DNA of 64,000 bases from Octopus sinensis (taxonomy: Eukaryota). Shown here piece by piece: positions 50,220-62,654 of this stretch. A program made the position numbers and the translations under genes. The stretch lies in contig NC_043023.1 in the NCBI RefSeq assembly GCF_006345805.1, positions 1,364,001 to 1,428,000 of the forward strand. Reading direction: 5' to 3'. Under the pieces are notes generated by a model that saw only the letters and a list, made by a program, of their open reading frames with translations, did not search any database and was not told the DNA's origin. How positions within the stretch are numbered: the stretch's first letter is position 1; the number at the start of each line of letters is the position of its first letter.

Positions 50220-51390
50220 ACGTAGTTGTTTTCCAAATGAAATATTACATTTGCCAATGTACTCCTATAAACATATCACATGATAAATATATATATACAC
50301 ATGCATATATATATATACAAAGATATATGTATATGTATGTATGTATATGCATACACACAAACACACATCTATATGTATGTATCATGTAAAACATTGCAAT
50401 GTATTGTCAGTAATTGCCACTAATTGGTCTGTGTATGAAGTTTCAGGTTCAAGCCCTCCTGGGGTTATCTTCTATACGTGTTATGAATGTTAACTATTTC
50501 AAAGGAAGCATACTGGCTTATGTATGTGAATGCAAACACTGAAGCAGACATGTTGGTATGCGTGCATGCACGTATGTGTGTATATATATATATATAGATA
50601 TATATATAGATAGATAGATATAGATATATATAATTATATATATATGATTATATATACACACACTCACACATCTACATATATAAAATATTATATAAATTAT
50701 TGAATGACAAGGTTATTAGTGCCGCTATAACTAAGTGAAACCCTAAGATACATACACACACATATACACACACAAATATATAGAAACATATACAAATATA
50801 TATGAATATCTATATACATATATAAATACATATAAACATATATAAATATATATAAATATATAAAAACATATATATATATATACATAAACAAATAGGTATG
50901 TATCATTTGACATAATATACAAGTACATACATACATGTAGAAATACACATACACACACGCATGTGTGGATGTGTGTGTGTGGATATATATGTTTGTGCAA
51001 CTATTTATGTACTGGTGAGAGGTACATGTACTTTTGTAGATATATGTGAGTGTATGTATGTATGTATATATATATGCAAATATATATATATATGTATATG
51101 TATATATGTAAATATATATATATATGTAGGTATATATATATATGCATATATATATATGTGTGTGTGTGTGTATGCAAGTATGTTTACATATGCATGTTAC
51201 GTAGTTATGGATTGATGGATGCGTATGCATATATGTATATGTATGTCTAAGTGAGTAGTTATTTATACGTATATATGTATAAACTGACGTAATATGTAGA
51301 ATGAGCATATATGTGTGTATATATATGTATATATGTATGCATTCATATCTGGTTATGTAAGACTATCAGTGTATGTAGATGCGTGTGTGT
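50220..51390. repeat. Compound (AT)/(GT) microsatellite region
   Basis: Direct reading. Confidence 0.85.
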
Positions 51391-51669
51391 GTGTGTTTGC
51401 TTCCATATATAATTATTGGAGTTGTTCCTCCAAGAAAGCCAGTGCCTTCAAACAAGTAAAGCCAGTTCCATAATTGGAATATACATAACGAAAACAAATT
51501 CACATTTTCAACTTTAGAAAAATCTTCCACATTTTTACTGTTCCACTTACAGATTGTATTCGTAACGTGCGAAATTAGTTGCTTGGTTTTTTTATCTCTA
51601 AAATCCCAAGCTTATCCTGACTGTCACATAGGAATTTACTCACAAAATCGTGTACCCATGTATATATGT

Positions 51670-52008
51670 TGAGACCCCCTTCAGTCATGACTGACCATGG
51701 GATTGCACCTAGAAAGTTACCCTCCCAGACACAAGTGCGGGCAAGGTTGTTAATGGAAGACCAGCACTCGCCCATGCATACCAGCCTCCCCTCTCCAAGC
51801 CACCGATGTTATCCAAGAGAAAGGCAAAGGGGCCGATACAGCTTGGCACCCGTGACGTCACAACTCATTTCTACAGCTGAGTGAATTGGAGCAATGTGAA
51901 ATAAAGTGTCTTGCTCAAGAACACAACATACAGACAGGTCCAGGAATCGAACTCACAACCCCACGATCATAAGCTCAACACTCTAACCACTGAGCCATGC
52001 GCCTTCAC
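51670..52008 (-). mobile_element. SINE-C full copy
   Basis: Match to family. Confidence 0.9.
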
Positions 52009-52025
52009 ATATATATAAGTATATA

Positions 52026-52255
52026 AGGTGGCGAGCTGGCAGAAACGTTAGCACGCCGGGCGAAATGCGTAGTCGTATTTCGTCTGCCGTTACGTTCTGA
52101 GTTCAAATTCCGCCAAGGTCGACTTTGCCTTTCATCCTTTCGGGGTCGATAAATTAAGTACCAGTTACGCACTGGGGTCGATGTAATCGACTTAACCCGT
52201 TTGTCTGTCCTTGTTTGTCCCCTCTATGTTTAGCCCCTTGTGGGTAATAAAGAAA
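52026..52255 (+). mobile_element. SINE-B full copy (young-looking, CpG-rich)
   Basis: ggcgagctggcagaaacgttagc...gagttcaaattcc...gcctttcatcctttcggggtcgataaa...taataaagaaa; atataagtatata on both flanks. Confidence 0.9.
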
Positions 52256-52559
52256 CATATATAAGTATATATATATGTATATAAGTATGTACATGAAATC
52301 TATCTATGCATATTTGTATAAGCATGTTTGGTTTGTATAAATTAAGGAATAGATTTGTACTTGTATATAGAGTACAGAAGTGTAGCCATACATACATACA
52401 CACATACATACATACATACATACATATAAATTCAAATTACAATGAAAGTAAACAAACAAACGAACTTTGCTTTAGAAGCGTTGAGATGTCTTAGAAAATC
52501 ACTTCATCCACTGACACAAGTTCCCCTCCTCAAATGCCCATCCCTCTCCTAATTCCTTG

Positions 52560-52860
52560 TCTTGCAAGTTACTTGGTTACCCTGCCAGTGCTGGTGTCAC
52601 TGAGTCCACTTTGCAGAGTGGTAGGTGTTAGGAAGGGCATCCAACCGTAAAATCCCTGCCAAAGCAGACACAGTAGACTGGGGTAGTTTTTCTACCTGAC
52701 CGGCTCCTGTCAACCGATCTACCCATGCATGCATGGAAGATGGACGTTAGATGATGTTGATGATGATCTCAGCAAGCTTGTCTGTGGGACGAGTGGTAAG
52801 TTTGACCTCAGCTGGATTTGAACTCAGAATGCACAGAACTAGAACAAATGCCACGTAGCA
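52560..52860. mobile_element. RTE tail (+, 52560-52768) and SINE-B fragment (-, 52790-52860)
   Basis: Match to families. Confidence 0.65.
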
Positions 52861-53019
52861 TTTTTTTGCCCTCACAGTAATTTGTCTGGGAGTTTTCATA
52901 TGGTTCCCTGGAATGCTAAAAGTAATAGTCAAATCTTTTTTAAATCACATAGTACTATTGTGAAAATAAAAAAATATATGATCAAAGAAGAAATGCTTTT
53001 GAATATAGGTTTGCCGGAT

Positions 53020-53925
53020 CAGAAGTGACCTAGGGCTAAACACCTACAACAAGAACAATTATAGCCACTAATACTAACTAGATAATGTAGTCCTAGATAC
53101 ACTATGTCTGATTTAATGGTGGAGGATGGTCACACCTGGAGCATCTTTGATCATAGGTTAGCTGGATCTGGACTAACCTGGGGTTAAACAACTATAGCCA
53201 CTGATACTAACTACTATACTGTACATTAGATAATGCAGTCCTAGATACACTATGTCTGATTTAATGGTGGAGGATGGTCACACCTGGAGCATCTTTGATC
53301 ATAGGTTAGCTGGATCTGGACTAACCTGGGGTTAAACAACTATAGCCACTGATACTAACTACTATACTATACATTAGATAATGCAGTCCTAGATACACTA
53401 TGTCTGATTTAATGGTGGAGGATGGTCACACCTGGAGCATCTTTGATCATAGGTTAGCTGGATCTGGACTAACCTGGGGTTAAACAACTATAGCCACTGA
53501 TACTAACTACTATACTGTACATTAGATAATGCAGTCCTAGATACACTATGTCTGATTTAATGGTGGTGATGGTCACACCTGGAGCATCTTTGATCATAGG
53601 TTAGCTGGATCTGGACTAACCTGGGGTTAAACAACTATAGCCACTGATACTAACTACTATACTGTACATCAGATAATGCAGTCCTAGATACACTATACCT
53701 GAATAAAAGATGAGATAGCCACACCTGATTCAGGACTGACCTGGGGCTAAATAACAACAACTGTAGTCGCTAATACTAACTACTGTAGTATACTATTAGA
53801 TAATGTAGTCCTAGATACACTATGTGTGATTAAATGATGGGATGGTCATATCTGGAACATGTTTGCTCATATGGCTGCTGGGTCAAAACTGACATGGCAC
53901 CAAAAAATAACAACAACAACAAAGT
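53020..53925 (+). repeat. About 148-bp tandem array of the SINE-E 3' tail
   Basis: gataatg at 53081, 53229, 53377, 53525, 53672, plus degenerate flanking units. Confidence 0.92.
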
Positions 53926-54169
53926 CAATTTACAATCATAAGCCATTGAGACACGATACGTTACCTTAAATAACACAAAAATATGGCAGAAAGTTGGTCA
54001 CACCATTATCCCTTTATACAAAATTCTCTCTCCCTTGCCCTCCCAAACCTCAAACTAAAATACACACAGGAAGATTAATCACAGAGACAATATTAATAGC
54101 ACAAAACACAAGGAATGGAACCAAATAAACAGATTATGATGCATAATTTAACAAATCAAAATCAATAGT

Positions 54170-54410
54170 CGAAGGGAGAGCCACAGCATTGGTATTTGAG
54201 TTGCTAGAAATCCCAGCCTAATCTCATTTGAAATATGCTTTATGACTGTCTTAAAGAATAAGAATGTATGTGATGGTATTGTCTGAGATATACTATGGTT
54301 AAAAATAGTATCAGATGATACTACTTGGTGGTATGCCTTTGATCATAGATTTTATGGGCCAAGGATGATGTAGAGTTAAACACCACCAACAACAACAATA
54401 ACAATAATAA
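54170..54410 (+). mobile_element. Decayed monomeric SINE-E linking the two array unit types
   Basis: ctagaaatcccagcctaatctc...actgtcttaaa followed by ...gtctgagatatact...gcctttgatcatag...gagttaaacaccaccaacaac. Confidence 0.55.
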
Positions 54411-54456
54411 TCTAATGTTAAACAGAAGGATTACTCATTACTTTTTGTAGAATATG

Positions 54457-54640
54457 TACCGTAAATCCTCGAGTATAATCCGCACTTTCCCCAAAATTTA
54501 AAGGTCAAAATCCCTAGTGCATACTATATACGAGGTTAAAAATGAAATATATTTTCTAAGCAATGTTCGAGTCTCTATTTGCTGTCCAGCAATGTTTATT
54601 CAGATAATGCATGTTAGAGAAAGAATTGGTTTCTGACCTA
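54457..54640 (+). mobile_element. Pogo/Tigger-like terminal fragment
   Basis: TA|ccgtaaatcctcgagtataatccgca resembles pogo-family TIRs; internal echo gtgcatactatatacgagg. Confidence 0.5.
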
Positions 54641-54815
54641 GATCCAAGGCTTCTTCATAGGAATTTCAACATCAACAAAAAGGTATTTTTGTATGTATGT
54701 ATATCTGAATGTAGGTATGTAGGTATGTAGGTATGTATGTATGAATGATGTATGTATGTATGTGTGCATATTTGTATGTTTTGTTTTATGTATGTATTTT
54801 CATGCTTATATATAT

Positions 54816-55000
54816 TTAAATGATAAACTTCTGGAAAGTTTTACAGATTTTTACAGTTCCCATGATGGATTGGATCTGTAGTCTTAGAATCAGCTTTCTC
54901 CTTTCTGCTTTTGAGAAACCTAATTTCTCAAGATTGGTATTTAGGATGTGTGTTACATATCCCAGGGACCCAATAATTACCTGAACTTGTAATCTCAATA
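54816..55000 (-). mobile_element. R4/NeSL-type (restriction-like endonuclease) LINE C-terminal fragment
   Basis: VIIGSLGYV..LEKLGF..LQIQSIMGTVKICKTF resembles the R4/Dong pattern PIVIGALG...LQK..LLGT..I. Confidence 0.6.
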
Positions 55001-55274
55001 GAGTGACTGTAGGCTTCAAGATGTATGCATGTATGATGGTTGTGTGTGTGTGAATATGGGTATATGTGTGTTTATATACATATATGTGTAAATGAATGTG
55101 TATGCGTATATATATACACACACGCGGACATACATATATAGTCTAATAAACACAGTATACATATTTTTATAAGCTATTAATAGCTTCATATGATGGAAAC
55201 CACACAGACAGCATTTTATAATACATCTTGTGAACTCACCTTCATGGAACAGTATACTACATATAAATGTGCAT

Positions 55275-56132
55275 GTCTCTCTACATCCCCACCCACCTGC
55301 TTCACAACCGGTATTGGTTTGTTTATGTTCCTCTAACTGCATCAAAAGATATCTAAAGAAATAAATATCAGACGTAGAAAGGAATAAAAGAAAATAGCAA
55401 TGGTGCCGATTTCTTTGACTAAGGCACTGCCCCAGCATGGCCACAGTCCAATGACTGAAGCAAGTTAAAGGTGAAAGAAACATTACATAACAAGAACAAT
55501 TCCAATCGTAGCAGTGCCAAAACTTTGCCAAGAAATCTTTTTATGGAATCATCCCCAGACGTCCCACAACCCCGAAACCCCAGAAATAAAACAGACACAC
55601 ACACACAATGTGATTAATCTTTAAATTTGCATTTATAGTGGGAAATGGGAGGAAACAATCAAAATAAAAGAAACAACAATCGAAACACGGACTAAACGTT
55701 TATGATGCATTGAAGTTTAACACACGATGGCCAGACATTGTCACGAGAGATGTAGTTATGTGGGTGATTGATGAAAGCAGACCACGACCAAAATAACAAA
55801 ACAATCGGCATAATGACCAGCAAAACAACCTGATACTATGCAAACAAATGGAATGTTATTAATGATGTTTGACATCTAATGAGGACTTAGGTACACGCCT
55901 CCCCCTATCACACACACACACACACACACGCGCGCACAGACTGACGTACATACACAAACTCACGCATATAAGCACAGACATGGCCATGTAGTAAGAAGCA
56001 TGTTTCCCAACAGCATGGCTCTGAGTTCAGTCCCACTGTGTGGCACCTTGGGCAAGTGTCTTCTACTATAGCTCCAAGCCAACCAAAACCTTGTGAATGG
56101 ATTTGGTAGATGGTAACTGAGAGAAGCCCATT
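55275..56132 (+). mobile_element. Decayed SINE-A 3' half (55275-55470) and 5' half (55975-56132)
   Basis: Match to family; the intervening sequence is unique. Confidence 0.65.
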
Positions 56133-56159
56133 GTGGACATGTATACATAAACACATGTG

Positions 56160-56350
56160 ACCTCGTGTGTACCGTTGAAGATTTTTTTTCCTCTGTCTTC
56201 CCTTCTCTGGATCTTTCCTTCTCCTATGTTTCCGACGAAGAGCTCCGCTCGGAACGTTAAACCCTCCTTCTTCCCTTCCTTCCTGAGCATCCAATAATAC
56301 TATATTTGTTCCACGTCCCCGCGTTGTTGCATTTTTTTGTGCTTTCTTGT
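56160..56350 (+). mobile_element. Small hammerhead-containing element
   Basis: Same family as 38355-38512. Confidence 0.62.
56228..56262 (+). ncRNA. Minimal type-I hammerhead motif (C4 variant, A13G change)
   Basis: GTTT-CCGACGA-A-GAGC TCC GCTC-GGAA-CG-TT-AAAC. Confidence 0.58.
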
Positions 56351-56674
56351 TTGGATTAACTATATATATATATATCTTAGATACCCTAAATTATAATTTT
56401 ATATATACATATATATATACATGATTAAGATAAAGTCATTAATTAATGATTTATCAGTGGCTAGCATACAAATTAACCATACAGGTTAAATTAATATCTA
56501 AAGTATAATTATAAATGTATAATTATAAATAATATCATAAATCCATTTTTTGTCCATTTTCTTCACATAGAGCCTTGTGATAAATGGAGTGTTAATTTAA
56601 GTTATTTGCAGTTGTTTGACATCTATTTCAAGCGTACAGGCGCTGTCCCTCCAGTGCTTTTATTTATAATTATA

Positions 56675-57152
56675 CGCAGGAGTGGCTTTGTTGTATGGAG
56701 CTTGCTTCTCAACCACATGGGTCCTGGGTTCAGTCCCACTGCATGGCACCTTGGACGAGTGTCATCGGCTATGGCCTTGGGCCAACCAAAGTTTTGTGAG
56801 TGGATTTGGTAGACAGAAATATATATATATGTATGTATGCATGTATTTGTGTGTTTATCCCTCCACCATTGCTTAACAACCGATGTTGGGGTGCTTACAT
56901 CCCCGTAACTTAGTGGTTCGGCAAAAGAGACCAAGTTTGTGCTGCTTTGTTTATATGTTAAAAGACACACAGACAAGAGACATACAAAACAAAAATATGA
57001 GTGGCTGTGTGGTAAGAAGTTTGCTTCCCAACTACATGGCTCTGGGTTCAGTCCCACTGCATGGCACCTTTGGCCAGTTTCATCTACTATTGCCTCGGGC
57101 CAACCAAAGCCTTGTGAGTGTATTTGCAAGATGGAAACTGAAAGAAGCTTGT
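56675..57152 (+). mobile_element. Two SINE-A pieces
   Basis: 56675-56935 and 56998-57152. Confidence 0.78.
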
Positions 57153-57216
57153 GTATATATTGTTTACAGTATATTGCTTGCGGATTCTGGCCATCGCTAT
57201 GGTGTACAGGTGTTTA

Positions 57217-57258
57217 CGACTGAGGATGAGCCAAATGGCTCAAAACTGAGTCAGTCTC
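57217..57258 (+). ncRNA. Decayed type-I hammerhead motif with GUC triplet
   Basis: GA-CTGAGGA-T-GAGCC AAAT GGCTC-AAAA-CTGAGTCAG-TC-TC; G12 reads A (CpG decay pattern). Confidence 0.5.
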
Positions 57259-57479
57259 ACAATCCTGATACCTGCTAGAGAGTGGTAGGGGTTCATGCTC
57301 CCTGCCAGCAATATATTGCATATAAAGAGTGCAGAGTTGCACCGACAACCAGCTGGCAGAGAATCTGCCTGGGGTTAAACTAGTAGCAACATGGAACAGC
57401 CTCTTTGGTCTCTTCGTGAGATTTTACACCTAGCTATTTTGCTTATGTATTTGTGTGTGTGTGTGTGTGTGTGTGTATA

Positions 57480-57880
57480 GGTGCAGGAGTGGCTGTGTGG
57501 TAAGTAACTTGCTTACCAACCACATGGTTCCAGGTTCAGTCCCACTGTGTGGCACCTTGGACAAGTGCCTTCTAATAGAGCCTCTGGTCGACCAAAGCCT
57601 TGTGAGTGGATTTGATAGATGGAAACTGAAAAGAAGCCCGTCGTATATATGTATATATATGTGTGTATTTGTGTGTCTGTGTTTGTACCCCCAACATCGC
57701 TTGACAACCGATGCTGGTGTGTTTACGTCCCCATAACTTAACGGTTCAGCAGAAGAGACCGATAGAATAAGTACTAGGCTTACAAAGAATAAGTCCTGGG
57801 GCTGATTTGCTCGACTAAAGGCAGTGCTCCAGCATGACCACAGTCAAATGACTGAAACAAGTAAAAGAGTAAAAGAGTGT
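57480..57880 (+). mobile_element. SINE-A full copy
   Basis: Match to family. Confidence 0.9.
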
Positions 57881-58059
57881 ATATTTAGTTCAAATTTACA
57901 AAAAACAAAAGACATAGACAGGTGAAGGAACAAAATGTTGGTGTTTTAGTTTAACGCTCAAGAAAAATGGAAAAGCCTTTGACATTTTTCACCTATGCTC
58001 TTTGATAGAAAAGACTGAGAGGGAAAAAAATGGTGAGAAAAAATTTATAGGGATTCAAT

Positions 58060-58575
58060 GGTTCAACATGTGTATCTAGGCATCAGATGTGGAGTGTAAG
58101 AGAGATGACTGCACTGGTATGGTCATGTGATGCATATGGATGAGGACAGCTGTGTAAAGAAGTGTTGATCTCTAACTGTGGAAGGAATCTGCAGAAGAGG
58201 TAGAACCAAGAAGACATGGGATGAGGTGGTGAAGTATCATCTGCAAATGTTGGGCCTCACAAAAGCGATGACAAGTGGACTAAGATCTTTGACAATATGC
58301 TGTGCTTGAGAAAACTCGTCAAACCAAGTGAAACATAGTCATGGCCGACGCCGGTGTCACATAAGTGGCACATAAAGGCACCCATGTCAGCAGCATGTAA
58401 AAAGTACCCAGTACATTCTGGGAGTGACTGCCAATAGGAAGGGCATCCAGGTGTAGAAGCCAAGTGAAATCAGACCGGACCCTGGTACAGCTCTCCAGCT
58501 TACCACTTCCAGTCAAACCATCCAACCCATGGCAGCATGAAAAGCTGATGCTAAATGATGATGATGATGATGATG
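58060..58575 (+). mobile_element. RTE LINE 3' end (RT C-terminus + 3'UTR + (GAT)n)
   Basis: LHWYGHVMHMDEDSCVKKC..TVEG..RRGRTKKTWDEVVK; links the (GAT)n tail family to RTE. Confidence 0.82.
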
Positions 58576-58797
58576 TGTTTGTGTTTGTCTCCCACCACCA
58601 CATGACATCCGGTGTTGGTCTGTTTACAACCCAATAACTTAGCAGTTCAGCAAACAAGACCAATGGAGTAAGTACTAGGCTTAAAAAAATATAAAGAAAC
58701 ATAGTGGGGGGCAAATTCATTCAATAAAAAATTCTTCAAGGTAGTGCTCCAGTATGGCTGCAGTCTAATGACTGAAGCAAGTAAACAATAAAAGATT
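58575..58797 (+). mobile_element. SINE-A 3' half
   Basis: Match to family. Confidence 0.7.
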
Positions 58798-59082
58798 AAA
58801 ATGATGATGATGATGATATGTGTGTGTGTCTGTGTGTGTGGCTCCTGTCAGTCATACAAGCAATGACTTTCATTTTTAACATTCATGACAATATATCATG
58901 ATGGTGATGGGTGTGAATATGACCCTGCTCCAGCATGGGCCATTCTGACCCTTGTTTTCTCCCTAACAAATGACACTAATCCCCTTCTTCTCCTCTCCCC
59001 TCCACAGTCTCTCTTCCAATTACACCTTCTTTCTGATCACATTTTCGTTCTTGCATTGTCTTTTCAATTAGCTGTGCCCCTT

Positions 59083-59712
59083 GTGAAGGCACGTGGCTTA
59101 GTGGTTAGGGATAATGCAGCTCATGATCATAAGGGCAGAGTTCAATTCCTGGTGGTGCATTGTGTCCTTGTACAAGACACTTTATTTCCCATCGCTCCAG
59201 TCCACTCAGCTAACAAAAATGAGTTGTACCTGTATTTCAAAGGGGACAGTCCTGTCACATTCTGTGTCATGCTGAATCTCCCTGAGAACTAAATTAAGGG
59301 TACGTGTGTCTGTGAAGAATTCAGCCACTTGCAGTTAATTTAATAAGGACACTGTTCTGCTGGAACCCTCATCACTGCAACCAATGGAGTGCCAGTTTTT
59401 AGTGATGGTGTATGGCTAAATAGTTATGGTATTCAGCTCATGATCATAAGATCAGAAGTTCAATTCTTGGCAGCACATTCTGTCCTTGAGCAAGACACTT
59501 TACTTCATGTTGATGCAGTCCACTCACCTAGCAAAAGTGAGGAGTACCTGTACTTCAAAGGGCCAGCCTTGTCGCATTCTGTGTCACACTGAATCTCTCT
59601 GAGAACTAAATTAAGAGTACGTGTGTCTGTGAAATACTCAACCACTTGCATGTTAATTTCATGAGCAGTCTATTATGTTGATCAGATAAACTGGAACCCT
59701 CGTTGTCATAAC
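59083..59712 (+). mobile_element. Two head-to-tail SINE-D copies (59083-59394, 59402-59712)
   Basis: A-box tggcttagtgg, B-box gagttcaattcc, CORE-like gtgtccttg(t/a)gcaagacacttta. Confidence 0.85.
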
Positions 59713-59952
59713 TTTAGCCTTGCAAATTACAAGGCACCTTCTCTAGAGCTAGAGCCATGACAAAGCACCCAATATACCCTATAGACAGGGCATCCAGCCA
59801 CAAAGGACAGGCCAAAGTAATCATTGAAGCCTAGTAGAGTCTCTAACTTGTTCGATGCTGTTAACTGTCCAACCCATACCAGCATTTAAAACAAACATAA
59901 AATGGTAACAAAAATAATATTTACAAACACACGCACAAATATATATATATAA

Positions 59953-60122
59953 TCATCATCATCATCGTTTAACGTCCATTTTCCGCGCTAGCACAGGTTG
60001 GACGGTTCGACCGGAGTCTAGGAAGCCAGGGGCTGCACCAGGCTCCAGTCTGATCTGGCAGTGTTTCTACAGCTGGATGCCCTTCCTAACGCCAACCACT
60101 CCGCGAGCGTAGTGGGTGCTGT
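59953..60122 (-). mobile_element. RTE tail
   Basis: (cat)n cgtttaacgtcc...ctggatgcccttcctaacgccaaccac. Confidence 0.85.
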
Positions 60123-60124
60123 GG

Positions 60125-60652
60125 CTATATATATATATGTGTAGCTGTATATTTATAAATATATCTATATCTATAATTATTCAATGTACATAAATGTATA
60201 TAGTTTACATATTACATATGTATGCCTATATAGATATATATATATACGTATGTGTGTGTGAATCATATATTTATATCTATCTACATTATATATAAGGATA
60301 AATTGATAGAAAGACAAACAAACTGATGGACATGTATATATACTGAATATATATATACGTGTATACATATGTATGTGTGCGTGAATGTATGCATATACAT
60401 ATATAGATATGTATATATATGTGTGTGTGTGTAAATATACATATACATATATGCGTGTGTATGTGTATATGTATATATATATATGCTTATATACACAAAT
60501 AAATGTAAGCATGTATGTGTATGTGTGAATCATATATCTATATCTATCTACATTATATATAAGGATAAATTTATAGACAGACAGACAAACTGATAGACAT
60601 GTATATATACATGTGTATATATGTATGTGAATGAATGCATATACATATAAAG

Positions 60653-60699
<47 letters not shown>

Positions 60700-61350
60700 C
60701 ATATATATATGTGTGTGTTTGTCTGTGAGTAAATATGCATATACATATATGCATGTGTGTGTGTGCATATGTATGTATATATATATAGATAGATAGATAG
60801 ATATATGCATATATACACATATAAATGTAAGCATGTATGTGTGTGTGTGAGTGTATATATATGTATATAATGTTATTGGGGGAATTGAAGGTCCAATTCC
60901 CTGCAGTGGCTGACAGTTTCCTTCTCCATTGGGAATCTTCCGATTGTGACAAAATGAAAAACGAGATCAGTATTTATAACAATTTGTAATTGCCTCAGAG
61001 TGGTGCAAACCACGAGTCTGTGTGTGGTGCTGTCTGTATGTGGTGAGGGCAATACATGCATCTGTGTGTGTGTGTGTGTGTGTGTGAGAAAGAGAGAGAG
61101 AGAGAAAGACAGACAGCGTGTGTTTGTGTATGTGTAAGGGAGAGAGATAGAGCGTGTGTTTGAGAGGGAGAGAATGTGTATGTGTGTGTGTGTGTGAGGA
61201 AGAGAGAGAGACAGAGAGAGACAGCATGTGTTTGTGTATGTGTAAGGGAGAGAGAGTGAGACAGTGTGTGCATGTGTGTGTCTGAAGGAGAGAGATAGAG
61301 AGAGTGTGTGTTTGAGAGGGAGAGAATATATATGTGTGTGTGTGTATGTG
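60125..61350. repeat. Compound microsatellites, including an about 268-bp internal duplication and a (GA)/(GT) block
   Basis: ctatctacattatatataaggataaatt at about 60275 and 60543. Confidence 0.85.
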
Positions 61351-61630
61351 CTTGTCTTTGGAGTAAGGTTTTTTTACATGGGTGGCTGGGTGTGGAGGGT
61401 GCACTTTTTGTTTATTTGTAGTAAAAAGAATTCGTATCATTTGAAAGTTTATTTTTTATTTTGTCTCTGCTCAAAAAAAAATTATTTTTTAACATTTAAA
61501 AAAAACCTGCCAGCCACACAAATTCAAACAATTTTTGTTTTCTCTCACCGACAAAACAAACTGCAATATAAACAGCCTCACTACCTTGTGGCTACCCACA
61601 GAACCTCCACCATAGCAAGCCAATTTTGTC

Positions 61631-62620
61631 TAACCCTTTTCATACCAATTCTCCAGACACAGCCCCTGGCTTTGCAGTACAAACTTTTTGTTTAAAGTAA
61701 TCCAAATTAAAATTTCATGTAAATTCATGTTCCAAATGTCAGCTTAATAATAACGAAGATATTTCACTAAATTGCTCGTTATTTCTAAGTTTATTGAAAT
61801 AAAAAAAGAAGTTTATTTATTTCAAAAAGATTACTAATTTAAGGGTTAAAGGATCTTAATTAAAACATTTCATCAAAATTTCAAGTTAATTTATGTTCCA
61901 GACATCAGGTTAAATAATGATAAAGTTATTTTACTAAATTTCTTCATCATCATCATCATTTCACATCTGCTTTCCATGCTGGCATGGGTTGGACGGTTTG
62001 ACTGGAAACTGGTTATCAGGGGGGGGGGGGGGGGGTCTGCTGCACCAACTTACAATCTGATTTGGCAAGGTTTCTATGGTTGGATGCCTTTCCTAATGTC
62101 AACCATCCCGAGAATGTCGCAGGTACTTTTTATGTGCCACCGGCAACAGGTGCCGTTGACCTGACTCTGGCATCAGCCGCAACTATGGTCTCACTTGGCT
62201 TGACAGGTCAACACAAGCATGGTATACCATCAAGGGTAAGGGTATAAACAACCTCACTACCACATGGCTACCCACAGAACCTCCACCATAGCAAGCCAAT
62301 TTTGCTCAACCCTTTTCATACCAATTCTCCAGAGACAGACCCTGTCACTGCCTCCATGAGGCACAACGCCCGAATGGTGCTTTTTACGTGCCACCAGCAT
62401 GGGTGCCAGTCAGGTGGCACTGGCATCAGCCATGACTATGATTTCACTTGGTTCAACAGGTCTTCAGATGCACAGCATATCACCCAACAAGTGAAGGGTG
62501 CTTTTAACTGGCTGGTTACGTGACACTGACATTGGCCACGACTACATGGCCATCTTCATTATTTTCAAAATTTGTTGGAACTGTGGTAGTGTGTTTCAAC
62601 AGAAATATGATAACAAAAGG
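61631..62620. mobile_element. TTAA/CCCTTT-ended (piggyBac-like) MITE pieces interleaved with two minus-strand RTE tails
   Basis: taaccctttt... at 61631; ...aaaagggttaa at 61845 and 62620; RTE tails at 61945-62232 and 62345-62550. Confidence 0.45.
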
Positions 62621-62654
62621 GTTAAAGTGGCCTAAATCATAAGTTTCCATCAAA

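Noticed and set aside
51546-51600. Minus-strand GTAAGT donor with a 47-bp candidate exon
   Set aside because: Such hexamers are expected many times by chance; no homology
53965-54054. Minus-strand 90-bp segment with good acceptor and donor (ttttag / gtaacg)
   Set aside because: Stops in all three frames; could only be a non-coding exon and needs RNA evidence
55490-55890. Unique CpG-containing stretch as a coding exon
   Set aside because: No convincing splice sites or recognisable peptide
60905-60960. Minus-strand CGGAAGA...GAAACTGTC hammerhead-like string
   Set aside because: Core mismatch and no stem I pairing
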